A stretch of 64,000 bases of DNA from an uncultured Gemmatimonadales bacterium. Its GTDB lineage: Bacteria; Gemmatimonadota; Gemmatimonadetes; Longimicrobiales; RSA9. A program made the position numbers and the translations under genes. This document shows positions 38,867 to 48,453 of the stretch, piece by piece. The stretch lies in the NCBI GenBank assembly GCA_963783305.1, contig CAWAMW010000015.1, positions 128,001 through 192,000 on the forward strand. Reading direction: 5' to 3'. The notes under the pieces were generated by a model. That model saw only the letters and a list, made by a program, of their open reading frames with translations. It was not told where the DNA came from and searched no databases. Positions within the stretch are counted from its first letter, which is position 1; each line of letters starts with the position of its first letter.

Positions 38867-39511
38867 TCAGCTCAGGTCGAGGGACATCTGCACGGGAACG
38901 AAAGACCGCCGGTGATGGGGCGTCGGGCCGCGCTCGGCCAGCGCCGTCACGTGTTCCGGAGTGCCGTAGCCCACGTTCGTCTGCCAGCCGTACTCCGGAT
39001 AGCGGAGGGCGAGGCGCTTCATGAGCCGGTCCCGCGTGGTCTTGGCGACGATCGACGCGCACGCGATGGTAAACGACTTCGAGTCCCCTTCCACCACCGC
39101 CGTGTGCTCATCGCCCAGCTCCGCTACCGGCAGCCCGTCCACCAGGATGTGGTCGGGCGCCCTGGAAAGGTGGCTGAGCGCCCGCCGCATCGCCAGGTGC
39201 GTCGCCCGCAGGATATTGAGCCGATCCACCTCGGCCGGACTCGCCGCCCCCACCCCAATGCAGAGAGCCCGCCGCCGGATCTCGGCGACGAGCTCTTCAC
39301 GTACGGCCTCGCTCAACTTCTTTGAGTCCGTTACCCCCGCGACCCGCACTTCCGGACGAAAGATCACCGCGGCCGCCACCACCGGCCCCGCGAGCGGACC
39401 ACGGCCGACCTCATCGACGCCGGCCACGTGCTCGAGCCCCGCCGCCCAGAGCTCCCGCTCCAAGGTGAGCGGAGCGCCTCGACGCCGTCGATTTCGACCG
39501 CGGACGGCCAC
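38867..39511 (-). CDS. rnhB: Ribonuclease HII (start approximate)
   Basis: AGVDEVGRGPLAGPV, DSKKL, VDG, ASIVAK..RD, GYGT..H. Confidence 0.93.
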   Translation of the reverse strand: MAVRGRNRRRRGAPLTLERELWAAGLEHVAGVDEVGRGPLAGPVVAAAVIFRPEVRVAGVTDSKKLSEAVREELVAEIRRRALCIGVGAASPAEVDRLNILRATHLAMRRALSHLSRAPDHILVDGLPVAELGDEHTAVVEGDSKSFTIACASIVAKTTRDRLMKRLALRYPEYGWQTNVGYGTPEHVTALAERGPTPHHRRSFVPVQMSLDLS

Positions 39512-39522
39512 GGGCCCGCCGG

Positions 39523-39870
39523 CTAGCGCTGCTGCTTCTCGCGGATCCGCGCAGCCTTGCCCTTTCGGGCCCGCAGGTAGTACAGCTTCGCCCGCCGCAC
39601 GCGGCCGCGACGCACTACCTGGATCGACTCGAGCATCGGCGAGTGCAGCGGGAAGACCCGCTCCACCCCGATCCCCGCGGAGACCTTGCGCACGGTGAAC
39701 GTCTCCGACGCGCCGCTCCCCTTCTTCGCGATGCACACGCCCTCGAACGCCTGCGTGCGCTCCTTCTCGCCCTCACGCACCCGCACGTTCACGCGGACCG
39801 TGTCCCCTGCATCGAACTCCGGCAGGCCGTCCTTGAGCTGCTCGTTCTCGATTTGCTTCACGATGTCCAT
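39523..39870 (-). CDS. rplS: 50S ribosomal protein L19
   Basis: [33 protein letters not shown]. Confidence 0.97.
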   Translation of the reverse strand: MDIVKQIENEQLKDGLPEFDAGDTVRVNVRVREGEKERTQAFEGVCIAKKGSGASETFTVRKVSAGIGVERVFPLHSPMLESIQVVRRGRVRRAKLYYLRARKGKAARIREKQQR

Positions 39871-39874
39871 GGCT

Positions 39875-40558
39875 CTACCCTCGTTCGCTTCGTTCCAGAA
39901 TGTCAGGCCGACGCTCTCGCGTCAGCTCTTCCGCTCGCTCCCGCCGCCACGCCTCGATCCGCGCGTGGTCTCCCGAGAGCAAGACCTCGGGCACCCTGTG
40001 CCCCCTGTACTCCGGCGGCCGTGTGTACGACGGAGCACTCAACAGCCCCGAATCGTAAAAACTGTCACTCGCCGCCGACTCGTGCGTGCCCAGCGCCCCG
40101 GGCTGCAACCGCACCACCGCGTCCGTTACCGCCAGAGCGGCGACCTCGCCGCCGCTCAGGACGAAATCCCCCAGCGACAGCTCTTCCGTCGCCAGCTCGT
40201 TCGCCACCCGCTGGTCCACGTCCTTGTAGTGGCCGCAGAGGAGCGTCAGCTCCGGCTGCACCGCCAGTCGCACCGCGTCATCATGCTCGAATCGCCGGCC
40301 CCGGGCGCTCAACAGTACCACCGGCCCCCCCGACGCCACGTCCTCCACCGCCTCGAAGAACGGCTCCGGCTTCATCACCATCCCCGTCCCTCCACCGTAC
40401 GGCGCGTCATCCACCGTCCGATGCCGATCGTGCGTGTAGTTCCGGAGATCCACCACCCGGTACTCCACCAGCCCCGCCGCGGCCGCGCGCGCCGGGATGC
40501 TCAACGAGAGCGGCCCTTCGAAGAAGCCCGGAAATATGGTGATGATGTTGATTTTCAT
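39875..40558 (-). CDS. trmD: tRNA (guanine37-N1)-methyltransferase
   Basis: [38 protein letters not shown]. Confidence 0.96.
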   Translation of the reverse strand: MKINIITIFPGFFEGPLSLSIPARAAAAGLVEYRVVDLRNYTHDRHRTVDDAPYGGGTGMVMKPEPFFEAVEDVASGGPVVLLSARGRRFEHDDAVRLAVQPELTLLCGHYKDVDQRVANELATEELSLGDFVLSGGEVAALAVTDAVVRLQPGALGTHESAASDSFYDSGLLSAPSYTRPPEYRGHRVPEVLLSGDHARIEAWRRERAEELTRERRPDILERSERG

Positions 40559-40600
40559 CCACCCCACCCCCGGAATCTCCGTTCCTCAGGCCCGACCTTC

Positions 40601-41143
40601 CTACAGGTCCAGCAGCCCCTCCGGCGGGTCGATCACCAGCCGGCCCTCCTCCAGCAGCACTGACGTCACGATCCGGCGGTCGAACGGGATCAGGTGCACT
40701 TGCCCCTCCCCCTTCACTTCCAGCAGGTGCCGCGGGTCCGTCTCATATACCTCCCGCACGCGCCCCACAGCCTCGCCGTCCTTGGTCCAGACCTCCAGGC
40801 CCAGCAGCTGGTGGTAGAAGAACTCCCCCTCCTCGGGCTCGCCGCGCTCTGCCGCCGGCACCAGCACGTATCGGCCAGTGAGCGCCTCGGCGTCGTTGCG
40901 ATCGTCGACGCCCTCCAGCTTCGCGATCCAACCCCGCTTGAACGCCCGCGCGTTCTCCAGCAGCCGCTCCATGGGCGCCTTCCCCAGCTTCCCCCGGTCA
41001 TCCCCGACCGTTACCCGCCGGCCCTCCACGAACACCTCTTCCGGCCTGTCCGTGAGCGGCCGGATCAGGAGGTCTCCCTTCGTGCCGTGCGCCTTCGTCA
41101 GGTGTCCCACCACCAGGAACTCGGGATCCTCGACACGCTCCAT
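40601..41143 (-). CDS. rimM: Ribosome maturation factor RimM
   Basis: VG....AHG.KG, EFFYHQLLG, LIPF; operon position. Confidence 0.93.
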   Translation of the reverse strand: MERVEDPEFLVVGHLTKAHGTKGDLLIRPLTDRPEEVFVEGRRVTVGDDRGKLGKAPMERLLENARAFKRGWIAKLEGVDDRNDAEALTGRYVLVPAAERGEPEEGEFFYHQLLGLEVWTKDGEAVGRVREVYETDPRHLLEVKGEGQVHLIPFDRRIVTSVLLEEGRLVIDPPEGLLDL

Positions 41144-41149
41144 CCGCCG

Positions 41150-41977
41150 CTACTTCTCCTCGGACTCGTCCTCGTCGGAGCTGTCCTCGGTGGCCTTCTC
41201 CTTCTTCGACGCCTTCTTATTCGGCGCCGCGGCCTCCGCTTTCGGCTCCTCGACTTCCGACTCCGTCTCCGCCTCGACCTTCGCCTCCGGCTCCTCCGCC
41301 TTCTTGGCGGGCTCCGCCTTCGGCGCCACGGCCGCCTTTACCTCAGCCTTGCCTTCCTCGCTCTTTTCGGCCTTGGGGGCTTCCTCGGCCTTGGCCGCTT
41401 CCTCGGCCTTGGGCGCGTCCTCGGCCTCCGCGGTCGGCGTCTCGTCCGCCGTCTTCGACGGCTCCGTCGCCGCCTTTTCCGACTTCGGCGCCTCGGTCTC
41501 CGTGGCCGCCACAGCCTCGGCGGTCGCACCGCCACCCGGGGCCTCGGCCGGCTCTTCCTTCTCGGCGTCGGGGGCGGCACCCTCCATGGGGTCCGTCTTC
41601 CCGGCCGTGGTCTTCTCGGCCGTGTCACCCTCGGAGGCCTGGGCGGCGGTCGACGTGGGTCGCCGCTCGGGCTTCGTCGCCGTCTTCAGACGCGGAGCCT
41701 CCTCACCCGGCTTGACGAACTTGATGTCCGCATCCCCGCCCTTGCGGGCCTTGCGGATCAGCGACGCGGCGCTGGTGGTCACCTCGGCGCCCTTCCCGAT
41801 CCATTCATCGACCTTGTCCAGGTCCATGGTCAGGAAGGCCGGTCGCGTGCGCGGGTTGTAGAAGCCCACCTCGTCAATGTACGCACCATCGCGGGGGGCG
41901 TCGCCCTTGGCGACGACCACTCGGAAGTAGGGCTGCTTCTTCCGGCCCACACGCCGGAGTCGGATCCTCACGGACAT
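41150..41977 (-). CDS. rpsP: 30S ribosomal protein S16 with a long Ala/Glu/Lys-rich C-terminal extension
   Basis: MSVRIRLRRVGRKKQPYFRVVV..PRDG..G.YNP; about 185-aa low-complexity tail. Confidence 0.95.
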   Translation of the reverse strand: MSVRIRLRRVGRKKQPYFRVVVAKGDAPRDGAYIDEVGFYNPRTRPAFLTMDLDKVDEWIGKGAEVTTSAASLIRKARKGGDADIKFVKPGEEAPRLKTATKPERRPTSTAAQASEGDTAEKTTAGKTDPMEGAAPDAEKEEPAEAPGGGATAEAVAATETEAPKSEKAATEPSKTADETPTAEAEDAPKAEEAAKAEEAPKAEKSEEGKAEVKAAVAPKAEPAKKAEEPEAKVEAETESEVEEPKAEAAAPNKKASKKEKATEDSSDEDESEEK

Positions 41978-42041
41978 TCTGTACCTCGGTCTTCGTCTGT
42001 TCTGGTTGTTACGCCGGCTTCCACCGGCCGCGTTCCTCGGT

Positions 42042-42069
42042 GATCGATGCTCGATACTCGATGATCGAT
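42042..42069. repeat. Four tandem heptamers NNTCGAT
   Basis: gatcgat gctcgat actcgat gatcgat directly after the ffh stop. Confidence 0.7.
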
Positions 42070-42072
42070 ATT

Positions 42073-43452
42073 CTACCTCGGCAGCTTCAAGCCGCCGAGC
42101 CCGCCTCCCCCACCCATACCGGGAAGGCCTCCCATCCCTTTCATCATCCCGCCCATGCCCAGCTTCTGCATCTGCTTCATCATCTTCTGCATCTGCTGAA
42201 ACTGCTTCATGAGCTGGTTCACCTCCTGCACCTTCCGACCCGAACCCTTGGCGATCCGAGCTCTGCGCGACCCGTTCAGGATCTGCGGCTTCGTCCGCTC
42301 CTCAGGCGTCATCGAGAGCACGATCGCCTCGATGTGCTTCAACCGACGCGGGTCCACCTTCGCCTGCTTCAGCATCTTCTTGTTGACGCCCGGCAGCATT
42401 CCGAGCAGTCCTTCCAGCGGTCCCAGCTTCTGCATCTGACGCAACGCGCCGAGGAAGTCATCCAGATCGAAGCGACCCTCTTCGGTCACCTTCTTCTGGA
42501 GCCGCTCCGCCTCCTCCATGTCGAACGACTGCTGCGCCCGCTCCACCAGCCCGACGACGTCGCCGCGCTGAAGGATCCGATCCGCCATACGGCTCGGATC
42601 GAACACGTCCAGCGCATCCACACGCTCGCCGATCCCAACGAACTTGATCGGCACTCCGGTCATGCCCTTGATCGACAGCGCCGCGCCTCCGCGCGCATCA
42701 CCATCCATCTTCGTCAGCACGACGCCGCTCAGACCCAGCGCCTGATCGAAGCCCTCGGCGATCCGGACCGCCTCCTGCCCCGTCATGGCGTCAGCCACCA
42801 GCAATATTTCCACAGGCTCGGTCGCCGCCTTCACCTGCCGGAGCTCCTCCATGAGCTCCGCATCGATCTGCAGGCGGCCCGCCGAGTCCAGGATCAGCGT
42901 ACGGTGACGCTCGCTCCGCGCGCGCTCCAGCGCCCGCTCCGCCAGCCGCGCCACCCGCTTCTCCTCCCGGTCCGCAAAGACCGGGACGTCGATCTGCTCG
43001 CCCAGCGTCTCCAGCTGGTCGATGGCCGCCGGACGGTACACGTCCAGCGCCGCGAGCAGCGGCTTCTTCCCTTCGCGCTTCAGACGACGCGCCAGCTTGG
43101 CCGCCGTCGTCGTCTTGCCGCTCCCCTGCAGTCCCACCAGCAGGATCACCGTTGGCGGCGTCGGCGCCGTCGCGAGACCCTCCCGGTCGTGGCCCAGCAA
43201 TTCCACGAGCTCGTCGTGGACAATCTTCACGACCTGCTCGCCCGGCCTCACCGACTTCAGGACCTGCTCGCCTGTCGCGCGCTCCCGGACACGGTCCAGG
43301 AAGTCCCGCGCGAGCTGGAAGTTCACGTCCGCCTCCAGCAGCGCTCGCCGTATCTCCCGGAGCCCCTCGTCGATCGTGGACTCCGTGAGCAGGCCTCGCT
43401 GCTTGAAGCGGCCGAGGACTCCGTCTAGTCGTTCTGAAAGCTCGTCGAACAT
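42073..43452 (-). CDS. ffh: Signal recognition particle protein
   Basis: LLEADV, GLQGSGKTT, DSAGR, TKMDGDARGGA, SMTPEER, Met-rich M domain. Confidence 0.97.
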   Translation of the reverse strand: MFDELSERLDGVLGRFKQRGLLTESTIDEGLREIRRALLEADVNFQLARDFLDRVRERATGEQVLKSVRPGEQVVKIVHDELVELLGHDREGLATAPTPPTVILLVGLQGSGKTTTAAKLARRLKREGKKPLLAALDVYRPAAIDQLETLGEQIDVPVFADREEKRVARLAERALERARSERHRTLILDSAGRLQIDAELMEELRQVKAATEPVEILLVADAMTGQEAVRIAEGFDQALGLSGVVLTKMDGDARGGAALSIKGMTGVPIKFVGIGERVDALDVFDPSRMADRILQRGDVVGLVERAQQSFDMEEAERLQKKVTEEGRFDLDDFLGALRQMQKLGPLEGLLGMLPGVNKKMLKQAKVDPRRLKHIEAIVLSMTPEERTKPQILNGSRRARIAKGSGRKVQEVNQLMKQFQQMQKMMKQMQKLGMGGMMKGMGGLPGMGGGGGLGGLKLPR

Positions 43453-43523
43453 CCGAGCGTATGCATGCGAAAACGAACCGCCCCGCGCGTTTCCGCCCGC
43501 GGCCGGTAGCCAAAGAGCCTATA

Positions 43524-43552
43524 AAGGTAGGGGCTCGAGCCGCCGCGCTCAA
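43524..43552 (-). promoter_or_regulatory. Sigma70-type promoter candidate for the ffh operon
   Basis: TTGAGC-N17-TACCTT on the minus strand, about 70 nt upstream of ffh. Confidence 0.5.
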
Positions 43553-43914
43553 GCCCCCTGACCTTTCGGCCGCGCGATGAGGCGCCCGGATCGGTGCCTG
43601 GCGGATGCTGAAAACGTAGGGCGCGGGAGCGCGAACGGTCGCTGCGCTGCCTGTCGACCGCGTCGCTTCGCTTGCTGTTCGATCGCTTCGGCCTCCCGCC
43701 TCGCCGGTCGATCTCCACTCCGCTCCGGACTCCGCCTGCGTAAGCGGGCACCCTGAGAAACGCAGACCTGCCGGACTCTGGCCATCCCTTCGACGCCGCG
43801 CTTGGCACGGTCGCCGCGCGCTGCGCGGCGATCGACCCCCGCGCCAGCGGGTGCGGAAGGGAGCGAAGCGACCGCAGGGATCGACCCTCCCTCCTCATCC
43901 CCCCGACGGCCCTG

Positions 43915-45195
43915 CTAGACCCGGATGATCTGCTCGCGCTGGGTGCCCACGGAGACGAACTGGATCGGCACCCCGGTCAGCTCCTCCAGCCGATCCATGA
44001 AGGCGCGCGCGGCCGGTGGCAGGTCGTCCAGCGAGCGTGCTCCCGACGTGTCGGTGCTCCAGCCGGGGAGCGTCTCGAACACCGGCTGCGCCCGCTCGAG
44101 CCGGACGAGGTCGTCGGGGAACTCGTCGTGGAGCTCGCCGTCGACCATGTACCCCGTGCAGATGCGGACTTCGGGGAAGGTGTCCAGGACGTCGAGCTTG
44201 GTCAGGGCGAGGCCGGTCAGGCTGTTCACCCGTGCGGCGTATCGGACCACCACGGCGTCGAACCAGCCGCAGCGCCGGGGCCGGCCGGTAGTCGCGCCGT
44301 ACTCGCCTCCCAGCTCCCGCAGGCGTTCGCCCAGCTCGGCCTCGAGCTCGGTGGGGAGTGGACCGCTGCCGACGCGGGTCGTGTACGCCTTCACTACGCC
44401 CAGCACCTGCTGGATGGCGGTGGGTCCGATCCCGGTCCCCGTGGCCGCCCCCGCCGCGGTGGTGTTGGACGACGTTACGTACGGGAACGTGCCGTGGTCG
44501 ATGTCCAGCAGCGCGCCCTGCGCGCCCTCGAGCAGCACCCGCTTGCCCGCCCGGAGCGCTTCGTCGATCTCCCGTCCGGTGTCGGTCATCAGCGGGATCA
44601 GCCGGTCCCGGACCGCGCGTACCGCCGCCACCACGGCGTCCTCGGACACGGTCTCAGCGCCGGCGGCCGCGAGCCGCTCGTTGGCGCGAGCGGTCCCGTC
44701 CCGGATCATGAGCTCCGCGCGATCCATGTCGCGGAGATCGCCCACGCGGATCCCGCGCCGCGCCACCTTGTCCTCGTAGGCGGGCCCGATCCCCTTCCCG
44801 GTCGTGCCGATCTTCCCGGAGCCGCGACCCTTCTCGCTGGCCTGGTCGAGCCGTTTGTGGTACGCCAGCAGGAGGTGGGCCCGGCCGCTGATGCCGATGC
44901 GCGGCTCCGCGTCGATCCCGCGCGCCTCCAGCCCGTCCAGCTCTTCGAAGAACTGCTCGAGGTCGAGCACCACTCCGTTCCCGAGCAGGCACCGCTTGTC
45001 CGCGTGCAGGATTCCGGAGGGAATCTGGTGCAGGACGAACTCGTCTCCGGCGACATCCACGGTGTGGCCCGCGTTGGCGCCACCCTGGTAGCGAGCGATG
45101 ATGTCGGCGTCGGCCGCCAGGACGTCCACGATCTTGCCTTTGCCCTCGTCACCCCACTGGGCGCCGACGACAACCGTACACTGTTTGCTGTTCAT
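43915..45195 (-). CDS. purA: Adenylosuccinate synthase
   Basis: QWGDEGKGK, GGANAGHT, EGAQG, TTGRPRRCGW, TKLD. Confidence 0.97.
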   Translation of the reverse strand: MNSKQCTVVVGAQWGDEGKGKIVDVLAADADIIARYQGGANAGHTVDVAGDEFVLHQIPSGILHADKRCLLGNGVVLDLEQFFEELDGLEARGIDAEPRIGISGRAHLLLAYHKRLDQASEKGRGSGKIGTTGKGIGPAYEDKVARRGIRVGDLRDMDRAELMIRDGTARANERLAAAGAETVSEDAVVAAVRAVRDRLIPLMTDTGREIDEALRAGKRVLLEGAQGALLDIDHGTFPYVTSSNTTAAGAATGTGIGPTAIQQVLGVVKAYTTRVGSGPLPTELEAELGERLRELGGEYGATTGRPRRCGWFDAVVVRYAARVNSLTGLALTKLDVLDTFPEVRICTGYMVDGELHDEFPDDLVRLERAQPVFETLPGWSTDTSGARSLDDLPPAARAFMDRLEELTGVPIQFVSVGTQREQIIRV

Positions 45196-45203
45196 GGGGG
45201 GGA

Positions 45204-46406
45204 CTATGACGACGGGGTTCGTCCCCCCGCAAGGTGGCCCGCCTTGTTCGCCCGGAGGAGCCGGAGTGCGGCAGCCAGAACCGTCGCCGTTTCGGCCGCG
45301 CCACGGCCGTCCAGCCGGTCCGCCGTGTCCGACCCGCGATGCACCCGGAGCAGCGATTGCCAGCGCCCTCTGAGGATCGTGAGCGCCGGCACGCCCGCCG
45401 CCGCCAGCGGCTGATGGTCCACCAGGATCGAGCGCGGGAGCGGCCGGCGGTCGACCTCTACGTCGAGTGCTCGGCCGGCCGTGAGCAGGGCCGCCGCGAG
45501 CTGCGGCGCCGACCCCTGCCGCCGCCAGCCGTGACCTTCAGCCAGGCGGATCGTGCCCCGGTCGTCCAGCCCCTCGATGTTGATCACCCCCTGCACCGGT
45601 GGCAGCGATCCCACGGCGGCGCGGGCGCCCGCCAGCCCCAGTTCCTCCCCGTCCGTGATCAGGAACCCGACCTCCTCCCCCGGGTCGTCGCCGGCCACAG
45701 CGAGAAGCGCGGCAACTCCGGTGGCGTTGTCCAGCGCGCCCGGCGACCCGTTCGACGACCACGCCAGCGCCAGCGCGAGACCGGCCACCACCACGGCGGC
45801 CCCGGCCGCGAGAGTCCATGCCGGGAACTGGAACAGCTCGCCCGCGAACCAGAGTGCCGACAGCGCCAGCAGGACCACCCATCCCACCGCGCCCAGCGCC
45901 ACCGCGCCAGTGCGGACGAGGGTGGGGATGAGCTGCGACTTGCTGTCACGGTGAGCCATGACGATCCAGGAGGGGCGGACGCCGGGTCGGGTGAACAGCA
46001 GGTTCCGGCTATCGAGCCGCCCGAACGGGAGTCGCCGTAGCCCCGGTCCCAGCAGGATCAGCGGCAGGAGCGTCAGGATGAGACCCACGACCAGCACCAC
46101 CAGGGCGGCGGCCGGGAGACCCGCGTAGAGGAACGCCGCGCCACCGATGCCGGTGAGCATCAGCGCCACGCCGGCGGCCGTGATGCCGAACCGTCCCGGC
46201 CAGGTGGAAAAGGAGAAGGGCAGCTCCGCGGTCTCGTAGCCGAGGTCCTCGAAGACCTCCCTGAGAGCGCTCTCCACGTCCTCGGCCCCCTCCGTCCCGC
46301 TGAGGCGCGGGGAGGCCAGGGCCTGAATGCGCTCGCGGAGCGCGGACGCCTCGTGGTGCCGCGCGTTGGCCAGCTCGGCGCGAGCGGCTTCGATATCGAA
46401 TGGCAT
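45204..46406 (-). CDS. M28 family peptidase with inserted transmembrane hairpins
   Basis: AHRDS, GALDNATG, DGEELG, NIE, DH, H..SD motifs. Confidence 0.78.
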   Translation of the reverse strand: MPFDIEAARAELANARHHEASALRERIQALASPRLSGTEGAEDVESALREVFEDLGYETAELPFSFSTWPGRFGITAAGVALMLTGIGGAAFLYAGLPAAALVVLVVGLILTLLPLILLGPGLRRLPFGRLDSRNLLFTRPGVRPSWIVMAHRDSKSQLIPTLVRTGAVALGAVGWVVLLALSALWFAGELFQFPAWTLAAGAAVVVAGLALALAWSSNGSPGALDNATGVAALLAVAGDDPGEEVGFLITDGEELGLAGARAAVGSLPPVQGVINIEGLDDRGTIRLAEGHGWRRQGSAPQLAAALLTAGRALDVEVDRRPLPRSILVDHQPLAAAGVPALTILRGRWQSLLRVHRGSDTADRLDGRGAAETATVLAAALRLLRANKAGHLAGGRTPSS

Positions 46407-46430
46407 GGAGTCCCGGTGCTGTGGGTCGAG

Positions 46431-47360
46431 TCAGATCAACCCGGCCTCCTGCATCACCCGGGCCACCGTCCTGCGTTCCTTCTCGCGAAGCGGCGTAAGC
46501 GGGGGTCGCGGCGGCCCTCCGTGCCACCCCTTGAGCTCCAGCCCGACCTTCACACCGCGGGCTCCGAACGCGCCCACGATCTCGCGGTGGGCGGGAGCCA
46601 GACGCTCCTGGATCCGGCCCGCCTCCGGTAGCCGTCCTGCGCGATAGTGCTGGATCAGCTCACCGTACTCCTCCGGCGCGAGGAGCCCGAGCGCGACGAT
46701 GCCGCCCGCGGCGCCCAGCTCCAGGGCCGCGTACAGTAGAGCGCCATTGCCCACGAACAGCCGACACTCGGAGTCGCACGCCTCGGTGTAGTCGGCGAAC
46801 CGCTTCAGGTCGCCGGACGAGTCCTTGATCCCCACCACGTTCGGGTGCCGCGACAACTCTCCCATGAGACCGGGGTCCAGCGCCACGTGTGTGAACTTGG
46901 GCATGTGGTACACCAGCACCGGGACCGGCGAGGCATCGGCGACGGCGCGATAATGGTCGCGCAGGTCGCTCGGGCTGAGCGAGACGCCGAAATACGACGG
47001 CGGATGCACCAGGACCGCGTCCACACCCAGCTCCCCGAATCGCTTCGCCAACCGGATCACCGCACGCGTGGATTCCGCCCCCGCCCCCGCCACGAGCGGC
47101 CGCATGGGGGGCACCACGTCCCGGGCGTACTCCGTCAGCCGGATCATCTCGTCCTCGTCCAGCAGCGCACCCTCGCCCGTTGAACCGAAGATGACGTAGC
47201 CGTTGATCGGCGTCTCCAGCCACCTCCGGATGTTCTCCCGGAACGTGACCGGCGCCACGTCGCCCGTGACCGGATCGAAATGCGTCGTGACCGGGACGAA
47301 GAGCCCGGACAGCCAGTCGGTCCCCGTACTCGCCGGACCCGCGCTCGCCCGGTCAGGCAA
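46431..47360 (-). CDS. Dihydrodipicolinate synthase family class I aldolase (HOGA-like)
   Basis: GSTGE, VLVY, GIKDSSG. Confidence 0.85.
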   Translation of the reverse strand: MPDRASAGPASTGTDWLSGLFVPVTTHFDPVTGDVAPVTFRENIRRWLETPINGYVIFGSTGEGALLDEDEMIRLTEYARDVVPPMRPLVAGAGAESTRAVIRLAKRFGELGVDAVLVHPPSYFGVSLSPSDLRDHYRAVADASPVPVLVYHMPKFTHVALDPGLMGELSRHPNVVGIKDSSGDLKRFADYTEACDSECRLFVGNGALLYAALELGAAGGIVALGLLAPEEYGELIQHYRAGRLPEAGRIQERLAPAHREIVGAFGARGVKVGLELKGWHGGPPRPPLTPLREKERRTVARVMQEAGLI

Positions 47361-48417
47361 GGGTCCTCATCTTCAGCTCGAAGTCCGACGGGTTCGACGC
47401 CGCGGCCTTGGCCACCTGGAAGTCCACAAGATCGCTCTGGACCAGGTCCGCCAGGTGCTGGTCGAACGTCTGCGACCCGTACTGTTCCCGCCCCTCCGCG
47501 ATCAGGTCGGCGATCTCGTCCGTACGCTCGGGCTCCATGATGAGGTCCCGGATCGTCGATGTGGCCAGCATCACCTCCACCGCCGCGATGCGGCCCTTCC
47601 CGTCCTTCCGTGGCAGGAGCCGCTGGCTCACCACCGCCACGATCGACTCCGACAGCCGCACCCGCACCATCTCCTGCTCTTCCGGTGGGAACACCGCGAT
47701 GATCCGGCTGAGGGTCTTGACCGCGTTCTGCGTGTGCAGCGTCGAGAGGAGCAGATGTCCGGTCTCCGCCGCCTTCAGCGCGATGTCGATGGTCTCGGTG
47801 TCCCGCATCTCCCCCACCAGCACCGTATCCGGATCCTCACGCAGCGCGGCCCTCAGCCCGATATTGAAGGAGTCGGTGTCCGTGCCGACCTCCCGCTGGG
47901 TAAGCGAGCTCTTCTTGTCCTTGTGCAGGAACTCTATGGGGTCCTCGAGCGTCAGGATGTGCTGCGCCCGCGTTTCGTTGATGTGATTCAGCATGGCCGC
48001 GAGGGTCGTGCTCTTCCCGGACCCGGTCACCCCCGTCACCAGCACCATCCCGCGGTTGTTGTCCGCGATGCGCGCCAGGATCGGCGGCAGGCTCATTTCC
48101 TCCAGCGTGGGGATTTCGATGGGGATGACCCGCATGATGATCCCCATGCTGCCACGCTGGCGGAAGATGTTCACACGGAACCGCCCCACCCCACTCGCAC
48201 CCCAGGAGCAGTCATAGTCGCGAAGCTTGTCCACGTTCTTCCGCTCCCACTCCGGCACCAGCTGCTGCGCGAGCTGCCGCGTCTGCTCCGGCGGGACCTG
48301 CTGCTTCGTGATGGGCACGAGCTCGCCCTTGATCCGCGCGCGGATGTAGTCGCCGGCCTTGATATGGATGTCCGACGCACCACGCTGAATCGCACCTTTC
48401 AGGATTTCGATCATCAT
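47353..48417 (-). CDS. pilT: Type IV pilus retraction ATPase (PilT/PilU family)
   Basis: ASDIH, RFRVN, GVTGSGKST, EDPIE, QREVG, VGEMRD, TGH..TLH. Confidence 0.9.
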   Translation of the reverse strand: MMIEILKGAIQRGASDIHIKAGDYIRARIKGELVPITKQQVPPEQTRQLAQQLVPEWERKNVDKLRDYDCSWGASGVGRFRVNIFRQRGSMGIIMRVIPIEIPTLEEMSLPPILARIADNNRGMVLVTGVTGSGKSTTLAAMLNHINETRAQHILTLEDPIEFLHKDKKSSLTQREVGTDTDSFNIGLRAALREDPDTVLVGEMRDTETIDIALKAAETGHLLLSTLHTQNAVKTLSRIIAVFPPEEQEMVRVRLSESIVAVVSQRLLPRKDGKGRIAAVEVMLATSTIRDLIMEPERTDEIADLIAEGREQYGSQTFDQHLADLVQSDLVDFQVAKAAASNPSDFELKMRTLA

Positions 48418-48453
48418 CCAATGGGTTCAGGGACTTCGAGATGGGGCCGCAAC

